Below, in pieces: positions 22,552 through 40,479 of a stretch of DNA of 64,000 nucleotides (position 1 is the stretch's first letter; every line of letters starts with the position of its first letter). The notes under the pieces are model-generated. The model made no database searches. It had not been told where the DNA came from and saw only the letters and a program-made list of their open reading frames with translations. The translations under genes and the position numbers were made by a program. The stretch spans positions 2,294,001-2,358,000 of the forward strand of contig CDLV01000006.1 in NCBI GenBank assembly GCA_001244265.2. Direction: 5' to 3'. This DNA comes from Microbotryum violaceum. Lineage: Eukaryota.

Positions 22552-25160
22552 TCTTTTACTACCTCTATATAAAAAGAAGGTAAGTTAAGGAATGTACCTA
22601 AAATCGCTGTTTTTAACTAGGTTGCGGCCTGGAGGGCCGCCTGTGGTGGATGTACCAGCATACTGTTGTGTCTGCCGCACCTGCCTGTGGTGTCGGGGTT
22701 CCGATCAGAAGTCATGTACAAGCCCTGTGGTGACTTTTGTATTTTCCGCGCCGTTCCAACGAAGCTACAGCGCTCCCAGTATTTTCTTTCTTTTCTTCGC
22801 TGACATAAACCAATGCTTCCACTCATATTGCATTTAATGAACCGCAAGCGCGTGGCTTTGCATGATATTGCTTCTACAGCAGAGCTCTGCCTGACGCGCG
22901 AGGCGAGGGCTGGCGTTTGTCACGTGATGCGGTGCGCCGGCGGTGTCAGTGTCATTCCGGCAGTCGACCAGCGGCATTAGGGGCTGAACAACAAATCAAA
23001 CCACGTGAATAACCCGGCGCCACTCCCTCGAACCTTTCCTTTCTCCCTCCCACTCTCATCCAATTTTAGTGACACTCATTCAAGAACAAACCCTCGCCAC
23101 TATGCCCCGGTCCCGGCCCAAGGTCGCCAGCCTCGCCAAGTCTTGGGCGCGAGGGTAGCACTGTACCATGGGCTACCATGGGCCTGCTCGAGCGCCCGCT
23201 GCTGGGCGCCCCGCGGCTCGACCCTCCTCTTCGTCCCGCTCCGATCAACAGAATCAGCCCCCGCGCGTCATGACAACAATGCAACCGATCTTGGCATTGC
23301 GACACGTATACGAGCCCGCCGTGCAGCTGTGCAGAACGGACAGCGTGGTCAGCGCGATGGCCAACTCGACGCTGGGCTCGCCCCACCACCACCTCCGCAA
23401 AGGCGAGTGCGCCGGGCTCGAATCGCGCTCAAACCCCTCAAGCCCCACGTTTTCGCAGGGCAAGGTGCAGCTACCTCCCCCTCCCCAGCCCAATCTCGAG
23501 TATCGGCAGCTTCTTCAAGGCTCGGATAGCGGTCAGTTGCTCCGTCCAACAACATCTCTCTGCAGTATGGCCCACATGCTGAACTGTGTGATGCACCTAC
23601 ACAGACGCTAAAGCATTCCGCGAGAATGCCCGGTCTTACAATAACGCGTTGTCCTTTACTTCGCTCGCTGCCTACTGCTGGGACCAAACCCAAGTGGGCA
23701 CTCTAGGACCTCCCGTGTTTCGTGTGTTCGGCCGCCTCTATGATCGACTCGGTGCCCTGATCCCTGCCGTGAATCAACGCCCAGCCTTTGCCCAGACATG
23801 GCTGATCGACCCGGCCGAGGCCACCGACACACGACTTCAAGGACCCGACAGCGCAGAGACTCGCATTCAAAGATCAACGCTGACCAAGCTCGAGTCCATG
23901 TTGCGCACCGGCAATCGCTTTGTGAGGGAGTTCGCATCGGCCAAAGCCCGCGCGGGTTTGGATACGGCCAAAGAGTGGGTCCTGCGCCTCTGCCTACCAC
24001 CAGGCCGAGACCGACGCACCCACAACCTTCCTACGTCGAGCACGGAAATGGCGATGCTTATCTGCGATTCCGACACCAACACGGGAGATCGTGGACCGCA
24101 AGACCTTATTCTCCAGGTGCACGGTGATCGATGTCCCGATGGTCGGCCCAAGTACCAAATCGTTAGCTCGCTCCATCCGTCTGCGATGCCTCTCCGTTAC
24201 CCACTACTCTTCCCCGCAGAGGAAGATAGCTCCCACCTCAACATTCCTCTTTGCGGGGTTCCACCAAGCCAGGCCGCCAATCGCCAGAAACTGAGAGCAG
24301 ATCGACAATGGTGTCCAATTGCGCGAGGTACTTGCCGGTCTCGGTCTGGATGACGAAGACGAACAGGAGGACGAAGACCGCGACAATGAGGATGAAGACG
24401 GCGAGGAAGGGGACGAAGAGGATGGTGATGGCGAACGTACGCTTCTTCAGCTCTTTCTCTGATGTTTCATTCTGTCTAAGGCGCAAGCACAGACTGACAT
24501 TGAACTTTTGAACATCTAGGATGAAGGTCAAGTAAAGGGGTCGAGGTGGTGAGTCTCGCGTTCACAATTCTTTGCGCACTACTTGCCAAACGCGACGAGT
24601 ACTTCTCAATCCCGCATTACAACCAACGTCCCTTCCTGGAGTTTGTGATTTACGGATGTACTCCCAAGTCGAGACCGATCGACTCAACAAAGCCGGTTGC
24701 ATCAAGAGAACCTACGCCTCACCACGACCCAAGGCATCAACGGCTTGACCCCGAACCAAATTGGACGTTCCATGACCTTGGGCTCGACGTTCAAGAATAG
24801 ACCGCGCGACATCACGCAGCGATACCAGGATGCGATGGCGTGCGTTGTCAAACATGGAAAGCCTCCGCTGCTCATCACGATGACGTACGACCCCGAAGCA
24901 CCGGAAATCAGGGCTGCACTGGGGCCGAATGACAAAGCATGCAACCATCCGGATCTCATTGCACGAGTGTTTGAAGCCAAGTCCGGCAACAAGCGACATG
25001 CAGGCTGTTTCGGCGATGAATGTAGGATGAATGGATTTGGTTTTTTTGCTGTACTTCGTATTGTGTTTTCTTAACCTCTGCGTTGAGATCATGTAGACTG
25101 TTCGATTATCCTGCTATTTTTTGAATTTGATCCTCCGTTAATTTAGCGGGTTCCCACTGG
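22552..25160 (+). mobile_element. Degenerate Helitron nested in the hAT element
   Basis: 5' A|TCTTTTACTACCTCTATATAAAAAG. Internal Rep remnants. 3' imperfect hairpin CCGTTAATTTAGCGG then CTGG (25157-25160). Termini shared with the 5400-6082 copy. Confidence 0.85.
23280..24990 (+). pseudogene. Helitron RepHel N-terminal/Rep remnant with stops and frameshifts; helicase absent
   Basis: FRENARSYNNALSFTSL, GPPVFRVFGRLYDRLGAL..PAFAQ, LRYPLLFP and LGSTF..RPR..QRYQDAMACVVKHGKPPLLITMT..PEI...PDLIARVF are characteristic Helitron Rep segments, split over several frames. Confidence 0.9.
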
Positions 25161-25197
25161 ATTTTGTGTGGGTCAAAAACTAGATCAAAAAAAAGGT

Positions 25198-25200
<3 letters not shown>

Positions 25201-25280
<80 letters not shown>
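25201..25280. repeat. (TG)40 microsatellite
   Basis: Read directly from the sequence. Confidence 0.98.
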
Positions 25281-25284
<4 letters not shown>

Positions 25285-25329
25285 GTTTAAATTTCACTTT
25301 GCAAAATAATGTTAAACAAATTGGCGGGG

Positions 25330-25760
25330 TTGAAGTAGACGAAGCGAGCGACGACGGAGAGGACAAGATCAAGAGCATATCAAGAGCATATGGTATAAGA
25401 CACCGCGCGCGATAGCGCACAATCCCCATCACCCACCAGTAAGTACACTGGCTAGGCCAGTAGTCCAGTAGTGTAGGAGTCATTGACCCTGAGTCAGGAT
25501 CACTCATTTCCGCCAAATCCCCCTTGGGTGATTTACAGAGACACAAGGCGAGCCTTGGACTCCTGAATTGACGCCCGAGCTCTTCGAGTGCCATTTCGGT
25601 GATCGGTTCCAAAGAATTCGGCGAGAATCGGCGCCGGCGAACCCTGTGAATCTATCGACAGACTAGGAAAAGAAAGATATTTCTCGGCGAGCTTCCAGAT
25701 CGAAAGGAAGAAGAGGAGACGTAGCTCAACAAGTCGGCGTTCCGAGCGAGAGACGATCAA
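25330..25760 (-). pseudogene. Possible remnant of the hAT transposase C-terminal dimerisation region
   Basis: LLDYW...LIPYALDMLLILSS loosely resembles the hAT dimerisation motif and lies inside the TIRs. The match is weak. Confidence 0.35.
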
Positions 25761-25783
25761 AAAACGGCGATAAATGATCGCAA

Positions 25784-25918
25784 AAGGGGATGCCTTACAG
25801 GAACAGCCCCATAAGTAGCCTCTGAGTAGCTAGAACCGCCGAGTTCTAGTTACGACATGCTTTTAGCCTAGCGGTCAACAACGACAGATTGTATTTTATG
25901 CACATCAGAGGCGCATAC
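25784..25918. repeat. Short dispersed LTR-like repeat, copy 1
   Basis: AAGGGGATGCCTTACAGGAACAGCCCCATAAGTAGCCTCTGAGTAGCTAGAAC...GATTGTATTTTATGCACATC closely matches 53602-53741. Confidence 0.75.
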
Positions 25919-26380
25919 TGTACAGCAAATGCAGACACTAACGCGCTCCAAACGCAAACAGCGCGCCGCTGGGCCGGCTATGCCCTGCGCCTCTAGCCGA
26001 TCTAGCCTCCCGCTACCCTGGTCTGCGCTTCCGCTTCAAATTTCGACCGGAGGGAGGAAGATGTCCAAAAATGAGGTGAGCCTCGACCGATTTTGAGCCA
26101 AAATTGTCCAAATTTGCGGGCTGCCTAGCCGATTTTCCGGTCTCCAGAATGTCCAAATTTGCGGGCCGCCTCTGGCTGGGCTTTCGGGAGTCCTAACTCG
26201 TCACCCGCCCCTACCCTTCCCAGCCCTCCCTCTCCTTATTCAAACTAAATGGGATTCTAACACAAAGCATGTGAAAAATTCATGGTTACAAGCATAAATG
26301 TTACGTTTCGTCAAGATGAGCCAAGGATTTGAACAAGGTCAGCATACACCAAAAGAGCCCCCCACAAAAAGGCATTACGA

Positions 26381-29300
26381 TCATAACAGATTCTCTTCGT
26401 CATCCCTCGTCGCCAACAACCCATTCAATTGCTTCAAACTCTTGGCGACCCCAAAAGAAGCACTCGCCATGCTCTGCTTGGTCTGTTTATTGAACGCGGT
26501 CGAATTCGGTCCCCCACCCGAAGCAGCCAGACTCTGCATCTCACTCAACCTGTCACAATTCTCCGCCAGGTCTCGGAGGATACCTTCGCTCTCCGGTCGG
26601 GAATGTAGGGGCAGTGCATCACGGGATATGGCGACGATCGAGGATACGATGGTGATGATTTGGGTGAGGTTCTCGTTCAGTTGTTCCGCTTGGGCTCCGC
26701 CACGGATCGCGCCGAGGAGGGATTGAATCGAGTGCACGATCGCCTCGGTTTGGTTTTCGATGTAGTTCTGGGTTTAACCCAATGCCGCGTCAGCATGCAC
26801 ATCAAGGATACTTCTGTCGCACATCTATGAACTCGCCTTAAGTTCATCCGCATTATTCTCCAACCGTTCCTCCTCATGCTGATCGACCCGCTCCTCATGC
26901 CCTTGTCGAAACTGCCCCATCTGATCACCGTGCGAGTCGCGCGCATCGTAGCTCCCCCTCCCATGTTGCTGCTGCTGATGCGTACTATCGTCCCTTGAGT
27001 CCTGATACCCTCCCCCAAAGTCGCTGTTGGGGGAGACGCGCTCGCTGCCGTTGTAAGCCGTTGGTTGTGGCGAGGCGAATCGATCGTCGTGTTGCGAGGG
27101 TCGACCGTACGCATTCGGCATCGGCGCGTTCGAGGTACCCCCATAAGTCGGTGATGCCGTCTGAGGGTTGTGTTGTGGATAGTCGGAAGATAAAGCCGAC
27201 GGCGCCCCGGCCCGTACGATCTGTTGGTCCCACGAATTCGGCTCGGCTCTCCCTCCAAAGCCATGCGAAGATGCCGGTGGCGGCGTTCGCGCAAAGTTAA
27301 GCGACCCCAAAGACGAAGACGAAGGCAACATCCCCCCTTCTCTCGAATCTCGTTCCGGAGCGGCCGAGCTCACCGGCGTCGGCGCCTGCTGTTGCTGCTG
27401 CTGTTGCTGCTGCTGTTGCTGCTGCTGTTGTGTAGTCGAGGCCGCACGGTTCAACGAAAAGTTGCCCAAGACGTTCTTGACGCTTTTCATGCCGCCCGTC
27501 CAGGACGAGCCGACAGTCGTTCCACCATTCTGCTTCGCCGGTGGGGGAGGGGCGTTCGAGACGTCCGGTGATTCACTCAGACTCGGCATCGGCTCGAAGC
27601 CGCCTGCTGCGCCTCTTGTGACGTTTGACGACGACGAAGGGAGGCCTCGGCCACCCGAACCGCCACCAACCGTTTGTCGAATCTTGAGGATCCTGACCAG
27701 CTCGACGACGCTCGTCGAAACGTGCGAGGCCGCGGCATCAACGAGGGATACGGGCGAGACGCCAAAGGACATCGCATGATTCTTGCTCGCCGTCATCAAG
27801 TTCGACAAAGTTGCGCCAATGTTGTCCTTGGTCTGCGCCAGAGCGCCTTGCTCACTAGGAGGCAAGACGGAGATGCGTCGCGGGTCGATCGCCTGCACAT
27901 CGCTGTCGATCTTCTCAACCGCGGCAACGATAGCTCTTGCGGCTGTGAGCACTGAAGAAGGCTCTTTCGAGCGGGCAGCGTCGAGCAGATCGTCAATGGA
28001 TGTTTGGAACTCGGAGATGTGGACATCGGCCAGCAATCCATCGGACGAGGCCGACATGAAGCTGTCGTTGTCGACTTTGATCGTCGCCGTGAACAGTTGC
28101 GAGGTGGCTGTATGAGAAGTATCAGAGAATCAGAAAGTTCCATCACGCAGCGGCCAGCGGCAACGAGCGACAATCGCACCTTTCAAGTTCCTGAGCTCCG
28201 TCTTGGTCTGCTCATACTTCTTCTTCCACATCCTCGCATCGTCCTCGACCTTTTCCCTCGCCTGTCGTTCCCTGTTCAACCCCTCGACCACATCCTCGTA
28301 TTTGGCATTCACCTCCCTTAATTCATCTACGAGGGAGCCAACCTCGGCCCTCAATTCGTTCGCCAGGTCGTCAGAGGCCGCACGGTCATGGTCGCCGCGC
28401 GACCGCGTGGCCGCTTCGTTGCTCAGCCGTTCGAGCTCCGAACGTAAATTTCGCATGTCAAGGGACTGGGACTCATTGCGTTCTCGGTGGCCTCGGAGCT
28501 GATCCTCGAGATCGCGTAATCGGGCCTGTTCGATGCTTCGTGTCTGTTGGGTTTTCAAAGATGATGATGATCAGGGACGGTGATACCGGTAGAGACTTCA
28601 CAGATAGAATGCCTCCGCACCTTGAGATCACCTCTTGCCCCATCGACTTCGCGTTCGAGGTCGTCGATCCGGCTTTGCAGCATCGTGAGCTTGTATTCGT
28701 AGTCGGCCTTGAGCTTCTCCTTCGCTTCGTGGTCCCACTGCATGTCCGAAAAGCGTCAGTCAAGCTCGTCCCCTAGATGTGCCATTCACCTCAGAGACTC
28801 ACGCTGTTGCGTCGATTGGATGAGTCGTTGCTCGAACTGGTCCCGTAGCCTCCGATGAATCTCGTCCCCATCGACGACGCTTCGCTCGGTTGTGCCGTAT
28901 GCCCAGGTTTATTCGGCGGGCTCTGTTGCCGATTCGCATCCTGGCCATAATCATCGGGTACCATCCGGGCCCCACTCGAGAACGAGGGGCTCGCACCTGG
29001 GACGGAAGCGATGCTCGAGACTTGGGCCGAAGCATGTTGGGTCAAGCTACCAAAAGCAAGGGAGGGGGTGGAGGATTCGAGTTGGTTGCTGCCTCCGGGC
29101 GCGGGTAATTTGGCCGATTCCTCGATGACGAGTGTGCTTTTGTTGGGGACGACGACGTCGTTGGACGAGTTTTGACTGAGACCGAGTGGTGTGGGTGCAC
29201 GTCGTTGTTGCGCGAGGTTGGTCGGGGGTGGAGGGATGGGCGATGTACCTTGGAGTGGGGCCGACGAACTGGCAGCGCTCGTGGAGCGGGAGACCGAGTC

Positions 29301-30048
29301 GGACCGAGGGAGATGGGAGCCACCACTTGAAGACGGTTGCGATGGCTGTCGAAACGGGGAAAGGGTCAGTCTGGGTTTGCAACGCTGCCTATCGCCGGCC
29401 AACTCACGGAGTTTTCGTTGAATTCGGGATATCGCCGATCGAGCTCATAGTAGACGTCACTGGCGAGGTCCTTGAACCTTTGGAGGGGTAGAGTTGCGAG
29501 TTTTTGTCGTGCTTGATTCCGCTTGGGGTGAAAGTCGTTGCGAACGGCAAGGAACGGATCTGGAGAGGTTGGGATGAGAAGCCGAAAAGTGTCCCCAATC
29601 CGAAGTCGTCCGCGTCAGTTCGACTTTGGAGGTAGCCCGGGATTTGCTCATTGACTGACCTGCGCCTTCGTCGGATCTACGAACGAGTTCATCGTAGACG
29701 TCGGTCGATAATTCTTGGAACTGCTGACGAGTCAAGCGAGTCAACTTCTCGCGGGCATTGCTGGTGGAATGATGAGGTGAAAGGCGAGCCGGAGCGAGTG
29801 GGGGGTATGTGTCAGTTCGGCCGAGAGGGCAGGAAACATCTCACCCTATGGAGGGAAAGGACATACGATCTGGTCCATGCGTTGGCAAGAGCGCCCTGTC
29901 GCTGTAACCACCCCTTGAGCGCGTCGAAGTGGGTGCGAGCGACTTGGCGACTCTGTTCGAGCGAGAGAGGCGCCGGCTTGCTCTGGCTGGACGAGTTGGA
30001 ATGCTGCGACGCCGACGACGGCAACGCTCCTGGCATGTTGCCCGACAT
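26381..30048 (-). CDS. SPA2: Spa2/GIT-family polarisome scaffold, multi-exon
   Basis: Two Spa2-homology repeats (AREKLTRLTRQQFQELSTDVYDELVRR; RNQARQKLATLPLQRFKDLASDVYYELDRRYPEF), a coiled coil, a polyQ tract and a GIT-like C-terminus (YIENQTEAIVHSIQSLL). Confidence 0.9.
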
Positions 30049-31030
30049 GGTGGCAGCACAGTCAAAGTTGGTGGGCGCAGAGGACGACGTAGGCGGGGGA
30101 ACGCTTTGCTGCCGACTGGCTTGCGGAGGGCTTGGCTGGTTCGGATCGGAAAGTCCGCGGCGGTCACGCGGTTACGGGTGCTGCCGGGTGCTGCCAGAGA
30201 CTGGAGCTGGTGAGCTTGTTGTGGTCGGCAGTCGATGGCCGGCACGGGGTCGGGGTCGGGGTCTCGGGGAGTCAATCCTTGACGTCCAAGCGTTGATGCA
30301 CACGAGTCACTGGGTAGGCAGGGGCTCACCGTGTAGAGATCCGGAGTCAATGCGAAAATAAGGCCTGCTGTCGGTCGGTGACTAAACCGGTGGGGCAAGG
30401 GGGACGGCGGAGGGAGGCGGAGGGAGGCGGAGGGAGGCGGAGGGCAACCGAGCAGAGGAGCCCAACTGGGAGGCAGCAGCGAGCGTCCGTGCGCAGCCAT
30501 GAGGCCTGAGGCCTGACCGGCCTGAGCCCTGACAGGCCCTGACTAGCCCCGACTCAGCCAGACTCAGCCCTGCGAGTGCCGTGCAAGCGCGCGCACAATG
30601 GCAGTGCGATGGCTTGATTGGCGCCTGCTTGCACTTAATAGCTCGCGTCGAGGTTACAAACAGCCAAAAGCTCTTCTTGTATTGGCGAATTCTTCGATGC
30701 CGTTTGACATCACGTCACCCGCGCTAACGATGCATAGCAGTCGACCAACTCCAACAAGATACGTGATCACTCTGCACGAGTACTCAATCGCTCGGGACAT
30801 TGTACTCTGAAGCAGTTGTCACGTTTCGTCAACCAATACAAATCACTGCAAGACTGACCTACTGCTGAACCTTATTGGGGACAAACCGCAATCTCCCGTC
30901 GGAGACTCGGAGTTTCAGAGCTTCAACTGAGCTTTTCAGTTTCGAGTATCGCGCGCGCGCGTCGCGCCTATGTGATCTTGACCTTCTCCACTGGCACCAC
31001 CCCTCCGGTTCGCGGACTCGGTGCAAATCC

Positions 31031-36637
<5,607 letters not shown>

Positions 36638-37843
36638 GATTGCAAACATCACGTATGTTACGGTTAGAGAGGTAGCTCACTTCATGCAAACTGAGATCCT
36701 GGGTCTGATTGTGTCTAGAAGTGATGTATGATCGCGCGCTCGGAACGGTCTGTTGATATCAAAGCTGGAGGATTTCTATAACCTACGAGGGCCTGGATCG
36801 AGCCACTCGGCTGGCGCGAAAAAAACTTATAATAAGTGCAGTTGACCGCCGGAGCCGGGAGGATACGAGCCGGGACGGGCATATGGGAGTAGGTAGACAG
36901 GTACTTGTAGACGCCAAGACACCATGGCAGTCACTACTCAGGCATTAATGCTTACTGCAACAGCAGGTGCTCTGACAGATAGGTAGTAGGCAGGTCCGCG
37001 GGGATCTGCCAAACCGCACCTCATTGTTCGTTTCGAAGCTTTTCGTGGGCGGACGGTTTTTGGAGATCGCCCCGATCAGGCACGGAATTCTTGAGCATCA
37101 CTCTGAGCCTCTACATGCCTGTTAGTAAACACGGTCTTGCTTGATGTGGTTTAAATGAATTGAATAATCTAGGCGCTTTTCGATCGTAGCGTTATCCCCG
37201 TCAAAATATGCTTGTGGTAGATACTGGACCTCACTCCGACTCCGACTCGAGTCCCGCCGCCTAGCCTGTCGTGTAAGGTATGCGTCTCTCATGGGCATGA
37301 TTACAATCTGTCGTTCTCGACCGCTTAAACTAAAAGTAAAATCGTAACTAGAACACGATAGGCGGCTACTTACAAGGCTGTAAGACATTCCGGCACCTAG
37401 TCAAATACTATTTCGAGCGCCAATCGTTGGGGTAGGCTGTGATCGTTCCAACAAGAACGGCTACTTCTCGTCGGCGTAATTTATCTACACACAGGTACCT
37501 GCGACCTACTACATGTGACCTGCGATCTCGGAGCGGACATATGCGGGGTGTCTGGACCAGCACCTGAGAGCACCGGAGAGACTGTCAAGGCGTAACTAAG
37601 GTTACTGCCAAGGCTGGTCGAGCCGGAGCCTCGGCTATAGGGATAGAGAGTTTCGGCTATTGGGATGAATGAAAAACTCCGACGTGGGGGCCACGCGCGG
37701 CTGATTCTGATTAGGCCATCTCGACTGCCTATGTGAGATGGCGATCTACATGTGCGGAGACTCTTGGCGGGGCATACTCTAGGTTGTCAATGTTGCGCCT
37801 AGCACCCTGGCTGTCCCTTTACCTCCGCACACTATCCACGCCG

Positions 37844-39761
37844 ATGGAGCACGGGTCGAGTTTGGCGATGACTGCCAGCAGAGCTGCGACGACGCCCAAT
37901 GCTTTCGACACCATAGCCGGCTGCAACGAGCCGACGGGGTACGCGCGTACGCCACACTCAGACTCGGCTCAATCGCCACGACCCCTCTCGGCGGGCATGC
38001 AACGTTCCGCAATGAATGCAAGTGAGCGGGAGTGCGACTCAAATTTCTCCAACCACTCTTTGCCATACTCCACATATCACCCACCCATTTCCTCCGCCGG
38101 GCACGGGCAGCTGCTGTCCAATGACCACGTGCTCGTGCCGAGGCGACACGAATCGGGCGCCGCAGCCACCTTGATCTCGTTTGGCCAGCGTGGCAACTAT
38201 ACCCATCAAGACGATCCGCACGCCTCCATGTCAGCATCGGCATGGTACAACCGCGTACCGTGTTCGACTTCTGCTGCCTCATACCCTACGAAACCCGTGC
38301 GGGCAATGTCCAGTCCAGTGACACGGGTGGAGTCGGAGCCCTCCCGAGCGCGATCACCGACGGCCTCGGACCCGTTGCCGAGCGTTCCAAGCGGCGAGTG
38401 GTTCGAGCAACAAGATCCTTCGAGATCGGCCGACCCTTCCCGATCCAACTCTCAACCAGAGGTCGAAAAAACCAACCCACTGGCTCCCAAACGACCGCCA
38501 AACGCATGGATCTGCTACAGAACGGCTCGCTGCAAAGCGATGCGGGCCGAGGGCGCTCCCCCACTTCCGCAAGCTGCGATCTGTGAGTTCTCGAGCCTCC
38601 GTTGACTTATGCCACGGAGCAAATTCTCTGGACGTAATTGCTCGGGACGGTTGAGACCGTCTCATATGGGATTGACGCGATTTGCGAGCTAGCTGGCTGG
38701 ACTGTTCACCGCCCTCCGGACTCATGGATCGTTTGCTCAAACTGACGATGGCTTGCACTTCTCGTTCCCTACGTACTAGCCAAACTCATCGCAAGTGAAT
38801 GGCGCGCCGAATCCGTAGAGGTACGAGCACGTTACGTCAAGCTCGCCCAAGATAAGGCCAAAGCATTGCTGTTGGCGTACCCAGGCAAGTCGGCCTAGCT
38901 ACATTGTTGGCCGCTGTTGGCGCGCAATGTGGACACGCAGCTCGATCCTGGTATCAGCGCCTGTCTTCGCTCATTCGCTCACCCCCTACCCTTTTATTGC
39001 ACAAAATAGATTATTCTTACCAACCTACACGCAAACCCAAAAGCGGCGGTACACCAGCGCGCTCCGGTCGGCGCGTCTCCTCTTCGAAGCGCAAAGAGCG
39101 ACGATCAACCGCGCCACGGCTTGATGCGCCGACCTCTGAAAAGCAGACCCAACTTCCATCCGACCCCACCATGGTTCCGACATCGGATCTAAACCCCGAA
39201 GATACTCTAGTATCGGAATTGTCGGCGCAGAAAAACTCAAGATGGATCATAGATGAATACAATGGTCTCGGTGGTGGGAGGCGTTCAACGTCCTTCGAAG
39301 ATGCAAGGAGTTCGGGCGCGTTGTCGCCGAGGTCAACTCACTCCCAATCGTACTACGATATCTCATCTTCCGAAATTTATCGAGAGGACGAGGAAGCCTA
39401 CGAGTATCGCTCGATGTACGAGGTCTCCACGAATCACCAACAACGCACGTGGTACGTGCCGACGTCTGCGCCGCAGCAGCCCATCCCCTGCGAGACCTCA
39501 ACAACGGCTCGATACTTCCGCGCCGACCCGTGCCTACAACCCGTCCTCCAAGCAAGCATGGCCCGGTCCCTTTCCTTCGCCCCTCAACACCTACATCTTC
39601 TCTTCCCCGACCATCGTTCAGCATCGTACGAGCCTGCTCAACACTCCCCTACCGCCCCTTTTCCGATCATGTACGCTGCGGGTCCCGCGTACATGCCCGA
39701 AGCGAGTAAACACCCTTGGAAGGAGATCAACCTACCGAATGGCTACATACGGCCTGAGTAA
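37844..39761 (+). CDS. Single HMG-box transcription factor (MATA/SOX-type), 3 exons
   Basis: PKRPPNAWICYR...PQAAISKLIASEWRAESVEVRARYVKLAQDKAKALLLAYPDYSYQP is assembled across introns 38583-38778 and 38885-39009. Confidence 0.88.
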
Positions 39762-40479
39762 AAGGGACTCTTCTATCTACCGCTACTCCTTCTTGTTTCT
39801 TCGTATACCTCCGGACCCAGCCCTCCAATTTGTGCCAACTACAAACCCAAGCAAGGCTTGCGTAGTCCTACCAATTTGTACGGCGGCCACGGTTGACCCT
39901 ACACACCCTTTTGATCCGTCCTCTGCCCTTTGCCGTCATTCCTACTCATCTGCGACTCTTTGTGTCGAGGGCAGCATGGCTTTTGTAGTCCGTTCTCTTC
40001 GTTCTGTTATCTTATTTCCGAACCCCCAAGTGGGCCGCAAACAATACCTTTGCTCAAGCACCCAGTGTCTGTGACTTTCAGAGGAGTGAATGAGTTGATT
40101 TCATGTTGATAAGAATATTCAGCTGAGAACAAATGCACCTTAAGTAGGTAGGTAGGTAGGTTGTAGGGTCCAGGCGTCGCCCCGTGTCCATATGGGCTGA
40201 CACAAAGCCAGAACACCCAGAGAAAAAGGAGGGTCGATGACCGAGGCGAAGCAAAACGGTATGATTAGGGATATTCAGGTCAAGCATTCTAGTAGGACGG
40301 GTTGAGTGATCAAAGGTAGGATATACAGTTTGGGAAAGCAAAAGAATGGTCGGGAGGGAAGCAACAATATGAGGGAAAGGAGGGGAAAATACTTGGATCG
40401 TATATAACTTGACGACGGGCACGACGAAGCGAAAAGCGGCGATGACGGATCCTTCCGAGTCGATGAGTTCTACTTGAGA

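Larger units (their letters stand above)
22059..26194. mobile_element. hAT-like TIR DNA transposon (defective, with nested insertions)
   Basis: 32-bp TIRs AGGACCCCCGAAAGCCCAGCCATAGGCGGCCC (22059-22090) versus the reverse complement of 26163-26194, with 2 mismatches. Perfect 8-bp flanking duplication AACTCGTC (22051-22058, 26195-26202). Subterminal ATGTCCAA-type repeats near both ends. Confidence 0.88.

Noticed and set aside
25106-25612. ORFs with poly-TH or poly-CV tracts
   Set aside because: These are translation artefacts of the (TG)40 microsatellite.
30400-30575. Short tandem repeats (GGGAGGCGGA x3; GCCTGA/GACTCAGCC units) between SPA2 and SGS1
   Set aside because: Low-complexity promoter sequence with no spacer structure; not CRISPR-like.
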